Source of the DNA: Takakia lepidozioides
Taxonomy: Eukaryota > Plantae > Bryophyta
Direction of reading: 5' to 3'
DNA length: 64,000 nucleotides
Assembly: GCA_030704615.1 (NCBI GenBank)
Contig: CM060732.1
Coordinates: forward strand, 36,518,001 to 36,582,000
Shown here: piece by piece, positions 12,177 through 25,569 of the stretch
Layout: every line of letters begins with the position of its first letter
Position numbering within the stretch: position 1 is the stretch's first letter
Notes under the pieces: model-generated
The model's database searches: none
What the model saw: the letters and a program-made list of their open reading frames with translations, nothing else
What the model was told of the DNA's origin: nothing
Program-made: the position numbers and the translations under genes

Positions 12177-12939
12177 TCTCTTCCACGGGGTTTTACAAGC
12201 TGACGTGGCGACTATACAAAGGAAAAAAAGTTCCCACAACAAGGAAACGATCTCCACCATATGGACAGCGAAGGAAGTGCACGGCAAGGGGGTCAATAGA
12301 TTGGTGACAAACCCATCGTTAGAGACCGAGCACACAAGGATGTGGTAAGCCAAGACGGGTGGGGAGAGCCGTGCTTGTAACTTAAACGAGTGTTTAGCGA
12401 AGCAAACCTGTTCGTACGATGTGTGGTGTATGATCTTCACGATGTAGTTTCCTCGCATTACGCTGTGGGCACGCAGCAACATCGGACCTTTTGTGCCAAC
12501 TTCCGTCTGGTTTGAGCACCGCAACAGATGAGAGGAGTGCAATGCCAGGGAGCCGTCAAACAAAACTCATAATATGAACGGTGGCAGCTCTTTCTTGTTT
12601 CTTCCCGCCAACCGATCGAACTGCTTAGGACTACTTTTAGGGTTGAGGCAGTGAGGGAGAGACAGCATAGAGGGGATCTGGGATTTCTGTACATGCACCA
12701 GGAAATACAAACTGAAATTGCGATGTGTGAGGAAGAGATTCAGCGCAGGAGGGGCTAGTTTTCTCTGGGAAACGAATTTAATCGCTGAAAATGCAAGCCA
12801 GATGCGAGACGATTGAAATCCTCAGGAAGGACACAAGGCGTGCTTAGTAGAAGGGATGCAAAGCTGGAGATCTACGGAGGTCTGAACTGGGGACAACACA
12901 GTTAAGGGCGTACAGAAAGGCCAAGGAGTGAATTGGGAA

Positions 12940-14663
12940 ATGGGTATTTACACAGGGGCTGGTGATATGGAGAAAACGGTTTACACTGGTGTTGTGGAGG
13001 AAGGGCTGAGTAGGGTGGAGTACGAGAGGGAGTTTTTGTCGGAGGGAGGCATGGAGGAATGGGAGGAAGGGGAAGAGGAAGAGGGGGAGGGAGAGGAGGA
13101 TGAGAAAGAGGAAGAGGAAGAGGAGGCAGAGGAAGAGGAGGAGGGGGAGCAGGCGGAGCAGGAGCAGGAAGAGATAAGGCAGACGCAGCAAGAGCTGCAG
13201 TGTCGCAGACAGCGACTGAACGATCGCCTCCGAGTGGCCGTCATAACTACGGCCGAATCCGAAGGTTTATGGTCTCAGCTTTCTGCTCCTTGTTTCACTC
13301 TGAAGGAGAGAGATTCAATACTTGTCTTTCTCATTCCTGTCCTGATTTCAGCCTGGAATCAAGTGCCAATTTCTAGTTACAAAACAGCAGAAAAATGTGT
13401 TTGATGAGTATTCTGTCTCTGTTGGTTGCTAGTTAATGATTGAACAGACTGATTCCTGGAATTCAGCATGTCAAATTGGGTCAGATATGCGAACAACAGT
13501 GCAGCCTGTGATAGTAAGGATGGCAAATGCAAACAAAGGGAGTTGCAAGATCTATAGGAATTCAGAGTAGATGGGTAGTGATATAGTTTCTTCTACATAT
13601 CATATGTGCATTTGAGGAAATTGGCAAAAGCCTACCTTCCGGTCCTGCCCTCAATTTGATCTGGGCACTCTGTACTGATATCCTTTCACACGCCCTCGAG
13701 AGCCCATCTTCTTGGTGCAGTATCTTGTGTAGTGCAGTACTTTGTAGCAAACCAAGCTGTGTGTTTGGCAGCCATGTTCGACTATTCTAACGGTTGGATT
13801 AGGGGACTGGAATGATGGATTGTGCAACAGCACAGAAGCTGGAGATGGAAGTGACACCCCCTGTGATGGCAGCTCTTGCAGACCTCACCTGCAAATTTGT
13901 TGGTACTTCGTCCATGCTTGCATAATTCACATGAGAGAGTGTTTTTAAGGAACCAAATATCACTCTGACAATCAGTAGAATCACTTGGTCGTGATCCACA
14001 GGGCAGGAATGGTGATATCTTAGCTGTTCAAAATGTTCTCCATTGTCCTTCTGCTAATTTTTGTTAGGCCCTTTGTGTTGAGACAATTATTCACTTGCCA
14101 AGTGACCCACAGCATACTTTCTGACTTTGGGGGATGTGTTACAGAACAGTTGGGCAGGGATGTGGATCTATTTGCACAGCATGCTGGCCGCAAGACTGTT
14201 AACATGGACGACATCCTTCTTGCCAGTATGCCCCAACCATCAGGCTGAGACTGTAACTTTGTCCATGTCTGTCTTTTGTCCCTTGTCAATTGTTTATTGA
14301 AATTCACCTTCCAAACTGACTCTGCATCTCCTGCTTCTCTCTCTCGACTTTGCAACTGTCCTTCTTTTCCCCTTCCCCAGCATGGACCCTTTTCTGCTCT
14401 GTCCATGCCACTACTCGGCAAAGTTATGGCAAGTAAACTCTACTGAGTGAATCATCCCCACTCAAATATTACATTGTCTTTGAGAAACTGATGTGCTTAT
14501 CATGAAAAGCTGAAAGGGAGTGGGTTGCATGGCAGCCCACCGGAATGGAGATGTGACAGCATCTCTACGGGTGTTTGCACAGGAGTTCATGAAGAACAAA
14601 GAGCAGCCGCCTGAGAAAAAACGCAAGAGAGGCACTGCCAATGAACCTGATTCATGCCCTTGA
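12940..14663 (+). CDS. MHF1: Centromere protein S / FANCM-associated histone-fold protein MHF1, 4 exons, long acidic N-terminus
   Basis: Approximate exons 12940-13264, 13831-13902, 14145-14225, 14537-14663. Spliced protein reads LNDRLRVAVITTAESE-AQKLEMEVTPPVMAALADLTCKFV-EQLGRDVDLFAQHAGRKTVNMDDILLA-HRN...KKRKR, the CENP-S histone-fold signature. Start codon uncertain. Confidence 0.9.
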
Positions 14664-16033
14664 TCCGTGATCCCTTCCAACAGCCAGTTTTTTCCTTCTG
14701 TCACCAAGTACTCAATGATAGCGATATTGACCTTCGCAGGGCTTGTTTTTGGCAAGGGAGGACCAGTGATGTTTGCATTCTGGAAAAGACGGGTCTATTT
14801 TGCTCATATCACAGACTTGTGAATGAGGAGGGAAAATAACCTGGTCTGCTGACAGCTATTGTCTGTCTTCATTACAGAAGCGATAGTACCAATTCCATCC
14901 ATTCTTCCCACCACACACCATTTGGAAGGGCAAGTGATACAGCTCTTTTATGTCTGAAAGGATAGGTTCAAGAGGAAATCTGATGGGGTCTTCCATCAGT
15001 TGACATCGTACGCCACCAACAGATTATACCTGGAGGATGTATCTTCATGGTATGTCAGGTAGCAAAGCAGAATTGTAGTGAGCGTGGGTGCCATAAAACA
15101 CTGGAGACACTGTCATCATATACCTCAGTATCACACAAACTTCGAGTGTTGGCATGGTTTGAGATCAAGATTGGAAGCCTTTTTGGTCAACGTTAATGTG
15201 ATTCAGATTGCCTGTATTTGTAAACTGCTGCCACTGCTTGGAAGCTCCTTGTTGTCAATGAGTTTTCATGTCTCACTTGTAAAGACACCAAGTTCTCCAT
15301 CTGCACCAACAGTAAATATCTAGTTCAGATTTCCCTGCATTACCAAGCTTCTACATGCAAGCCCACCCTCTCCATGTGTTGTTAAGGTAGTTCAGAAGAA
15401 CACAAGGGCAATGACTGATGGGCTCCCACCATAGCATCCAACAGTTTGAAGAGTAGATATGGTCCATGCTGGAAGAATGTGAAGCTTGCACTGGGGAAAC
15501 ATGTGGTTTATGATTTGCATTGCAACAAAAGGCTTAGTTTGAGGATTTTACTCATCAGATTCTTCAAAAAGCCATCCAATAAGATTGCACCAACATTTCT
15601 TAAGACATCTCGGGGACCATAAGATGATATGCGGGGTTCGGATGAGATTGGGACATCATTAATCCAAGGCCCTAGAAATAAACTGGCCCTGCTACCTGGC
15701 TGTTTATTCCGTTGATGTCCCAGGACCAGGACATAGCTTAGGCATGGTGGTTGGAATCTTGGGACCTTTGCAGATTTCCAACAGCTTCGTCTCTCTCCTT
15801 TCCCCTCCTGGCTCTTTGAAATTTTGTTTATTGAAATGAGCAGGAAGAAGGTAGGGAAGAGACACAGTTATGTACCCAGTACAAGCTATGATACCTCAGC
15901 AAGCCAAAGGGCACCTAAGCAAGGGCATCACCACAGAGTAACCACCCTGCTGCAGGCACCAGGATCTTAGCAATCGCAGCCCACACAGCTTTGTGCTGTC
16001 TGCCTTCTTTCTCTCAACTCCCCCCTCCCTGCA

Positions 16034-18569
16034 ATGAAACTGAAACTGAGTTTCCCACTAGCAACTGCAAACTTGAGTAGGGCAGAGAAAATCCAGCTGT
16101 ATAGTGTAGGGGCGCTAGGCTTCGTGGTGATTTGTGGCACCACATATCTGCTGTACAGGGCCGGATGGCTGGGAGGTTTGCGACGCTTGCCTCCGGGGCC
16201 ACGGCCATGGCCAGTCTTTGGAACCTCGCTGCAACTGGGGCCTGCACCATGCGATGCTCTTGCGAGGATGTGTGACAAAGAATATGGTGGTCTAATGACT
16301 GTTTACATGGGCGGCATTCCCACGGTCTTCATCACAACTCCGAACATCGCAGTACAGGTAACCGTGTAGAGCCCTTCAATCTCAATATGCATGACAACCA
16401 TGAACCAGATAGACATATATTCATGAAGAAGTACATAGAATTACCTGTTATCCCCTGGTTGATTCCTTGCTGCTCTCAACCGCCTGAGAGATATTCGAAT
16501 GGCCTCTCAAAAACTCCACTTTTGTTCACTAGGTTGTGCAACAGTATGACACTGCGTTCCATTCTCGAGTGCGACTGTCATGGCCGTATATGCTGCTCTT
16601 CCCAGCGGGATACCAAAACCTCAAAGTCGTCCCTCCATATAATGGCCCGCATTGGCACAGGTTGCGCACAATTTTCTGTAATCATCTTCTTCACCCTGCT
16701 CGAGTGTCGAGCTTCCGCCCGATTCGCGACTTTGATATATCAATCATGCTTAAGGACTTGAAGGACGAGATGGCTCGGGGGGACAACATCAGCCCTGGAT
16801 GGGTTTATTTGCGAGGGCACCTCCGCCTCTGTGCCTTCAAAGTCTTGTTCAGCATTTGCTTTGGGAAGCGGGTTGATGGTATCACTGCTGGAATCGGGTC
16901 CCACAAGGATCCCAACGTAATGCAACTGGAGAACTTGTTCATGGAAATTGTGCGACTTGGCCCCGCTTTCATCATAACCGACTACATCCCCGCTGCCTGC
17001 CACTTGCCAACCCCTATCGATTTGCAGCGGGCAGCCATAGCCAAGAAACTGGAGAAGGTAACAGCAAACCAAGTCAGAGAACACATTCAAGGGTTTATTT
17101 TTGGGTTAGGGTTTACTGGTGGCTCTGAGGCAGGGCATGTTTCAAGACTAGGATACTTAGAACACATGGTAGAAGTGATGTGCAGACAATCTGTGTCTCC
17201 CTCCTCCACTCTGTCTCGTCAGCCAGTATGTCTATTGTCTGTTTCAAATTTGTCGTTTCTAAGCGTTCGTTCTTTCTTATTCACAGGTTGTTTCTGTCTG
17301 TCTCTCTCCTGCTTTCCGTCCCATAAGCTCTTTGAGCTTTCCGCGGACGTTTTGAAGCGTCATTGCTTTCTTTCTGACCCTCCCTCTGTCCCTGCACACT
17401 GCTGTATTTGATCCGAACCCATTTTTCAGCACAATGGTGTCAGGTGTTCCTGACGGTGGTACAGGACTACCGGGAACGGGCAACTACCAAAGCCCCCGGG
17501 GCGCCCAACAACGACTTTGTAGACATCCTCGTCGCCTTGAAGGGGGACGATAAGCTGCATGACAGAGAGATTGTGTGGCTTTTGAGTGAGATAGTGTTGG
17601 CAGGGACGGACAGCACAGCGTCAACACTAGAATGGGCTCTTGCTAACCTCATGGTGAACCCATTACTGCAAGACAAGGCTCATACAGAGATTGACAGAGT
17701 CGTTGGAAGGAAGGGACAGGTAAATAACTCCCACTTTCCACTGCAAGTCAAGCAAGTGAGTTCAAACTTAAAGATAGATTTCCATGTTTTGACGGTCTGA
17801 GTCTGCAGCGTGAGCAGCAGGTGGTCAGAGACTACTAGTTCAAATGCTAATCAGTCTGCCAGATCTTTATAGACACCTGGGTGCTCAATGTTTCAGAGAT
17901 GAAATGAAATGAAATGGTGCTTTATACGTCTGCGGAAAGCTCATAGAGCTTATGGGACAAAGTGGAAGAAAACATGAGAGAGGAAACAAAATCAGAGCCA
18001 GAAATAAAAAACTATTCGAGTGATTTCAGAGTAATTTTGCAGTCTCACTCTCTCCATTTCAAAACAACGTGTCCGCCTTGATTCAGGTCACCGAGGATGA
18101 GATTGAGAGCATGCCATACCTGGACGCTGTAGTGAAAGAGACCATGCGACTGAACGCTCCAGTCATGCTCTCAGTGCCCCACTCAACCACCACGGAGATT
18201 GTGCTGGGAGGCTATAGACTTCCTGTCAACACCCAGGTGCTGTGCCACCTGGGCGCCATAGCCAACCACCCAGACGTGTGGGAGAATCCCATGTGTTTCG
18301 ACCCCAGCCGTCACGTGGACGACGATCCCTCCCATGACAGCCCCTTGAAGAGACAGAAGAATGTGGCATTCACAGCGGCAAGAAAGCTTTGCCCAGGCAT
18401 GGGCCTGGGGACTCTCCAAGTCAAGTTATATTTGACCAGGATTTTGCAAGCATTTGAGTTGTCTCCTCTCTACGTAGATATCGAGCCGCTCAAGATAAAC
18501 GATACAGTTGAGTGGGGCATCATCAGCCTACTAAGGAAGCCATTGGTGGCCTGCTTAAAGCCGCACTAG
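16034..18569 (+). CDS. Cytochrome P450 (clan-71-like, about 535 aa), 4 exons
   Basis: Exons 16034-16357, 16533-17057, 17444-17719, 18087-18569, all phase-0 GT-AG. Shows TM anchor, LPPGPRPWPVFG hinge, HWHRLR C-helix, AGTDST I-helix, ETMR (ExxR), FDPSR, and heme region FTAARKLCPG. Confidence 0.92.
17300..17370 (+). repeat. Short retroposon 3'-end remnant, copy 2 (CYP intron 2)
   Basis: 'gtcccataagctctttgagctttccgcggacgt' matches the copies at 3400 and 17898. Confidence 0.65.
17898..17981 (-). repeat. Short retroposon 3'-end remnant with (CATTT)n tail, copy 3 (CYP intron 3)
   Basis: Reverse complement reads 'gtcccataagctctatgagctttccgcagacgtataaagcaccatttcatttcatttc'. Confidence 0.7.
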
Positions 18570-18737
18570 CGTAAGTGATGACAAGTCCCTACAATTCATG
18601 GCATTTTTGTGTAAGATCGCATCCACATTCTGGAAACAGTCTCCATATATGAGCCAAGCTTTGGTAAGACTTTTCTAGTAGTGTACAAGGATAGATCTGT
18701 ACCTACTATCCCCAGTCGGCTGAGATTCTTACAATCA

Positions 18738-19783
18738 CACCTTAGCCTGGTTGGAGTTATCAACCCATATAGCAGATCCGTACTCCAAGGCAGGTCTAAT
18801 AACGCTACAAAACATGGTTTTCTTAACCTCAGAGTTGACCCCTCTCCAGTGGAAAAATTTAGTGAGCCCCAGAGCTTTGCCCTTGCCAGTTTGAACAACT
18901 TTCCAGATATGTGCATCCCAATTACAATTGGAGGAAAACTCAACGCCCATGTAAGTGAAGGGAGGGAGGACCGGCTTGGCTACCCCACTGCCACTTAAGA
19001 TCACTTCCTCCCTCTCCTCTGTCGTTGAATGCTACCACTGCACATTTGTTGACATTAGCCTCTAGCCCCCAAAGATCAAAGTATCTCTTTGCGCAATCAA
19101 TCAACTCCTGGAGATTGGTTGGAGTCTCCCCTATGTCTGTGAAGTCATCCACAAACATAAGGGCTGGTATGGTGGTATCACCCACCCTTAACCCAAATCC
19201 CTCACTTTCCACATCCTCGAGGAGTTGATTGATGAAAACATTGAAGAGCAGAGGGGAGAGAGTACATCCTTGAGCTACACCTTGGTCTATGTCAAAGAAG
19301 TTGGACTTCTGTCCGTTAACAGTGACACAGCTTTTGGTGTGAGCATACAAGTTGTGGACAACTCTCCACATCTTTCCCTTGATCCCACAAGACCAGAGGC
19401 GGAACCATAGGCCATCTCTCCACACTGTGTCATAAGCCTTTTTGACATCCAGGAAAAAAACATAAGTGGGTTTCCCTTCTTTTTTCCTTCCCTAGATAAT
19501 CTGGCTTAGAGTGAAGATATCATCCACACAGCCCATGTTTAGCCGACAGCTAGCTTGGCCTTCGTGGAAACAACCTCTAGACTCCAGATTAACCTCGAGA
19601 CAAGTACTTATAACTCTGCAGAATGTCTTGCCAACAGCATTGAGGAGCGTGATGCCACGGTAGTTCCCCGGTTCTTCTATGTCACCCTTCTTATATAGAT
19701 TGACAATGACCCCCTATTGCCAGCGAAAGGGGATCATTTCAATCTTCCAGATAAGGTTAAAGAGGGGAACTAGGGCCTCTATC
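18738..19783 (-). mobile_element. Degenerate internal RT fragment of the same LINE family
   Basis: Near-identical to 9385-10098 but with stops and frameshifts. It keeps the post-RT region (YFDLWGLEANVNKCAVV...FTYMGVEF...IRPALEYGSAIW) that the PPOX copy lacks. Confidence 0.92.
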
Positions 19784-21630
19784 GGTAAAAACCGATACCC
19801 CGCGGCCAGCACTACGTGGCGCAGCATTACTGGCCCGCCGTCGGCGTGGGTCCAAGTCGTCTCTGCCGCTTGTGTCGTACCTACACGGGCCCAGCTATGG
19901 TGCCTGGTGCTGCCACGCAATGTACCAACAACCTGTACTTTGCTCCAGGGGTCAACTCCCCCACGGGGGAAGGCCGCGCCACCCGTGTTAGATGCGCATT
20001 TCTATGGCGATTCTAGGCAATCTCCTTGGTTGACCTCCAGCTTAGAGGCGCCTAAGGCGCGACGGACTCTACTAGGGACTGTTGGTCCCTAGTACGTATT
20101 TTAAGGGGGGGTTTCCCCCTAGCCTTTGATTTCTTGTGCACTATTCATGGTGTTCTTCTTGCATGGGAATGCATGCGTGTTTTAGCAAAGGATAAGAAAT
20201 GGTTGGTACCATTGGATAGACCCAATTGAAGCCATCAGTTTGATATGTATCCGGGGGCTTGTGAAAGCACGGCTCACGGGGGGATGTCATAGGCAGAGAG
20301 AGAGAGAGCCCAGAGATAGGGAGGAGAGAATCCCTGGTAGGGGTTTCAAAAGATAGAAGATGACATGTTCCAAATTTGTTCTAGGGTGGTTGTTTGCATA
20401 AATTAATCAAATTATATTGGAAGTAGTTGGAAGAGGCGCAAGGGAATGGACCCTGGACCCACTGAATGTTTAATCATTGTTGACACATTATATTGGAAGT
20501 AGTTGGAAGAGGTGCATGGAATGGACCCTGGACCCACTGAATGTTTAATCATTGTTGACACACCAAGGTGATGGCAATCGGATAGAAGCCGATGGGTGGC
20601 ATATTTCATTCATCATGGCCCGGTGATTGCTTAAGTTGCTAATGCATTATTGATTGGTTTGGTATAGGAATTTAGGGGCGCTCCCAAGTGGAGAGCGGTT
20701 CCCCAATGCTCCCGACATAGAGGGCGTTCCCATGACCTTCCCCTCGTACCTTGAGGGTAATTTGGTTAGCTCGAGGATCCTACGATGATTCTCTATTTCT
20801 ACGAATTTCACGCATTTGTAGGAAGTTTTAAATTATTTGTTCTTTATTATTTAGCAGGGTAGTTCGTTTTTAATAAAGGATTTTATCCGGACCCCCTTAA
20901 CTTTAAAACGGAAGTTTTAAATGAGGTATTGCCTCCCTCCGCCGAGGATATTTGAAGACGACCTCCCTGCCGCTGTGGGGGCCTTGGGCCAGGGAATGGC
21001 CATTGTTTTATTAGATCTCGGGAATTTCCTAGAGGTTTGAATTGCTATTATTCACATGATGGACTGACCATTGAGGTTGAAACTTTGGATCGCTCTAAGC
21101 AGGGAGACTGACTTGGAAAAGCGGATCCGGTCCCTTCCTCGGAGGTAGGAAACTAATCCACCTCCGGATTTAGGGAGGGGCATTGGGCGGGAGATAGATG
21201 ATCATCATCTCCCTGGGCTCGAGATTCGTTTTGTGAAGGGATTTGAAGGTTCGTCCCGGCTATAAGTGTGTTGGGAGTCCAGGCACGTAAGAAGTAGTAA
21301 TAAACAAAGACTTGGAAGGCAATTACGATTGAAGACGTAGAAAACCCATAAACAAAACGTAGGACTAGAAAACGCAAATCGCCCTGTGAATTGGAGTGTC
21401 AAGCTCTGTTTTGCCGGTAGGAAGTTAGACTGTTTTAGATCCATCCATAGTTGTCACGGACCCTTGCAGTTACCGCCGCCGAGTAGGCGGTTCGTTGAGC
21501 CCAACCTACACCGTAACTTGTCACGACCCCCTAGGCTAGTATGTCGTCACCCTAGCTGCGCGCGACCAGGGCTCGTCAACCTACTGCGCAACACACGACC
21601 CATCGAGGGGCCAATGGATGATTGAAGACA
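19784..21630. mobile_element. Probable LTR-derived, non-coding repeat; boundaries uncertain
   Basis: Abrupt junction with the LINE, mixed GC/AT non-coding sequence, GA-rich tract, ends in '...gattgaagaca'. No TSD identified. Confidence 0.3.
20411..20562. repeat. Tandem duplication, 76-bp unit x2
   Basis: 'attatattggaagtagttggaagagg.gca.ggaatggaccctggacccactgaatgtttaatcattgttgacac' at 20411 and 20487. Confidence 0.9.
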
Positions 21631-23813
21631 CATCTTGAAAGATTGGACCCAGGATCACCCAGGTTATGCGCAGGCAAGACACAAATACCCAAGCACTGGG
21701 CATCATGAGCATCATCATTGTCTTCTGGCCTCACTAGAATTTGGGGGCTTCGGGAGCGTATGTGGAAAATGATTAAAACCGTTGAGCATGATTTTTGGAC
21801 TTTTGGCAAAAACAGGTATATACCCTATCAAATCCCCTGTAACTACCTACCCACTGACATCCACGTGATGAACCGTAGACGTTCATCCCTACATTATGAA
21901 TGACTTGGCAAAATTGCAGGACTTTTGACTGTTGCATTTGGGAGATTGTAACAAAATAAAAAGGCCTAAAATGTGAAAATGCAAAAAAAACAAAATTGAA
22001 GGGGGGTGATTTGTATGTGAATTATGGGGGGTTAAATTCATTCCAAGTTGCTTTGGTGAGCTGAGGGCTTCCAAATGCCCTCAAAATGGGACTTGTCAGC
22101 AAATTCCAACGGTCATTCTATGCAACACTCCATTGCAAAGGCCTCTACCAAGAAATGTTTGGATTTTGATAAAAATCCATGTGTGGATGGCCCAAATTGT
22201 GGATTTCCGGCCATCGGAAAAGCAGGCATTATGCCGCCAGTCTCCGGTGAGGGCCAAATCTGGTGGGGGGGGGACGTGCCTGGTCAATGGGCGTGGCCCA
22301 CCCACACCACACGCATTGTTGACCCCCGCCACTTCATAAATTCTAGCATGTAGGCTATTTATAGCATTCATGAACCGTTTACTGGAGCGTGTAGAGGACT
22401 AGATTGGCTACAGAATTCATTCAAGCCGCATCTCTATCGGATGTCATCCGACGGAGATATGCCCTCCTTAGCAAAAAGGCGCGACCTGAAACGGGTCGCG
22501 TCGTCGTTTTAAGGGTTAATTGTCAAGTTGGTGATGTCTATTTATGAGTCTATGTGAGAGGGAGAGGGTTTGAACAATTGGGGGTTGATATTGCGTGAGC
22601 ACAACGTGAGCATGCTCACGCGCAACCCACGAGGAGTTTTATGTTTTCTTAACCTCGGTCATATGAGTTATATGTATTCAAAACGGGAAAAACCATAAGC
22701 GGGTATAGAAGATTGGTGCATATATACGGTACATATGCACCAATTCAGCTAGCCGGAAACTTCACTAGTGCAGCCAGAAACCTTAAACTTATAGCGGCAG
22801 ACGAGTTTCGCATTGAGAAATACTTGGTGACAAACCTATGCAGCGTTGGGTTTCGCATTGAGAAACCCTTACTGGTATTTGAGAAAGACTTGGTGATATG
22901 GACACAAACCTATGCAGTAGTGGGTTCGCATTGAGAGACCCTTACTGGTATATCTTGAGTCGAAACTTTCTATATGAAATCCCATCACCCAACAATCCTA
23001 CATCTAATTCAGGCTAGTTGGTACAGAGTTTTACCATGCGAAATTATCCTTCAGTGTGATTTTTTCTCAGGCTGTTTGGTATAGAGTTTCCCTGTGAGAA
23101 ATTAGCTATGGGCGAGGACCTGCAATTTGAGGTGAAGTCTCACCGCACTCTCGTGTTTGTTATGGAGAAAAAGCCACACCTATAGGGTAAGATGTTCATC
23201 AGGTATAGGGGCTACTTATTCTTTATGTGTTAGTTTTGCATAATGACATTTAGTTTCGCCAAGTTCGTTTCGTTGTGGGAATTTCGTGGAAATTCGGGGA
23301 ATTGCTCACGCGCTACTCGAACAATTCAGGTAGTAGCAACATCAAAATTTGCAATGACTAACATCATTGGGCACATGTTTTGTGGCTTTCGCCACCACAT
23401 ATACAACTATGTTTTCTTATTAGGTTAATTTGATTGTCTTGTTTGGTGAGTAAATATGATATGACCTTCTTGAGATCCCATATCAATAGTCCCTAATGTT
23501 GTCATCCCTCCGAGGTCAATACTACATATATATTGCTCTCTATGAAGTAGGAGTGTGTTGAGAAAATGTATCATGTTGGAACATCTCAACAAAATTGGAG
23601 ATTAGACATGAATTGAATTGTGAAGATTCACTCACACTCTAGTATATATTATACTCATTTGAGCTAGTATATAATTCAGCACTTGGTGGTACCTATAGGA
23701 TGTTTCCATTTTTTGTGAAGACCTTGCATGTTATCTAAGTACTAAATAGTTAAGTTCGAGGGGGGAAAGGCCACACAGAGCACAACCCTCCCCTCTTTTA
23801 TATACCCTCTTAA

Positions 23814-24932
23814 GGTCCATTCGTCCATTCGCACCAAGGGTTATATGAGGGAGTACAACCAAATATATTTGACCTTGCTAAGGTCCTGTTGAGACTAGAT
23901 TAGATTTATCTTAAAATCTGACATGGCAGATGATGTGGCGACAGGTTAGAAACTAGGCAGCCAGTGTTGTTCCCGCTCCCCGCATATTCTTGTATTCGTA
24001 GATTTACGTTCGGAAGATGTGGGTTGCTAAGGCCCATGACACACGAGCGGCATAAAATTGTCGCGTTCCAAATACCAAAGGCTATGAGTTTTGCCTATAT
24101 ATAGGTCCACATCAGCCTACATCAGCGATAAAATCTTGGCTGGCTACCACACGGGAAAGGAGCGGCAGCGGCAATGGCAATGGTTTCCCACCATAATCCA
24201 AATCGCGCAACCAAGTCCACACACAGAGCATGTAGGCAGAGGGGAGCTTGGTGTGGCAAGTGGGGGGAAGGATGAGCTTTCTTCCCGCCCCCATATCATG
24301 GCTTGTTTTATAGGTTTTCAGGGGCTGATGGTTGGAAGAGCGATAGAGGCACTGATCCCACGGTGGCAGCCACACAAGCTCCGTGTAGGATTTAACATGG
24401 GCGTATGTTCAGCCGTGTGGTAGCCGCAGCTTCATCGTCAACCAATAAAATACAACTCTACTTTATGTGTGCCGCTGCCACTCGTGTGTCAACGCCCTAA
24501 GGTCCCCAAAATTTGGAGGGTGTAACTTCATCCTTTTGGTTCTATGCACATGTTCCCAACAAAAAAAGTATGTCCCTAGGAATATATTCTTGATAGTATC
24601 GTCTAGTGCCTCTAGTGTCATGTATCCAGGAACGTAGGGAGTTAAGGGTTTGGGGATGCAAACTAACCCTCGGTCCGAATAGGTATGGAGTGCGGACTAA
24701 CTCATTGCTAGTAACATATACATTTTACCGCCTGGTGTGAATAGGTATTGGATTAAGTAGAATAAATGTTGGGTAATACGTTTGACCCATGGCTCGAGGG
24801 AGGGATAAATACAACCAATATGAACCCTTCAACCCTTCAAGATTCATTTTTTGTCATCTAGTGCCAACTTGGCCGACTACCGATACATAGAAGTTGGGCC
24901 TTTACACTTTATACCCTTGGTGCGAATGGACC
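23814..24932. mobile_element. PIF/Harbinger-type non-autonomous element (MITE-like)
   Basis: TIRs GGTCCATTC(GTCCATTC)GCACCAAGGG and CCCTTGGTGCGAATGGACC, flanked by TAA on both sides (23811-23813, 24933-24935). Confidence 0.8.
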
Positions 24933-25569
24933 TAACTTTAGCGGTGGGTCTGGCCTTGTGATCAGATGGCGCTTGAGCCTTCCAAAAGGTTGGTCAACCG
25001 CCACATCATAGCCCCACGATGTCCAAGCTCCAGAGAATAAGAAAAATTGGTCCATTGGAGATTTTCTATAGTATGTACCAGTTTTATGAGCTATTGGGGC
25101 TGCCCAACAATGACTGTCATTTTGTTTTAATACCTCCCTGCAGCAGCCCCCATCTAATAAGAAGTCCCAAAACTCCGGATTGACAACATCAGTGGACCAC
25201 CTGAGGGATCGTGGGTGATTCGATTGCGTATTCTGAGTGTAGAGTCAAGCAGTTGACCTGATAAATATTTGTGCTCAACGTTACACTTTACTGATAAGGA
25301 TTCCACGGCAAGAAGTGCGCAGCCTGGGCTATACAAGAAGTGGAGTATTCATGTGCAATGAGAAAAGTGCACAGGTATGGGGCAATCAGGTCGCTTGAAT
25401 AGACTGCAGTCAGTGTGATATATTCTTGATCTATCAATTACTTGAGCAAGGCTTGGGCCTTCCGTGAATTAATTAGCATCGTGCAAAGTATTGGCTTAGT
25501 GGAGATTTGTCCTTAGACCTGTTGAGACGGCAGAGATGGGCTTCAAGTGAGGTAGAAAGAATCAGAGTA

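Noticed and set aside
12844-13244. Leu-rich and Ser-rich minus-strand ORFs
   Set aside because: Antisense reading of the GAG-rich acidic tract of MHF1.
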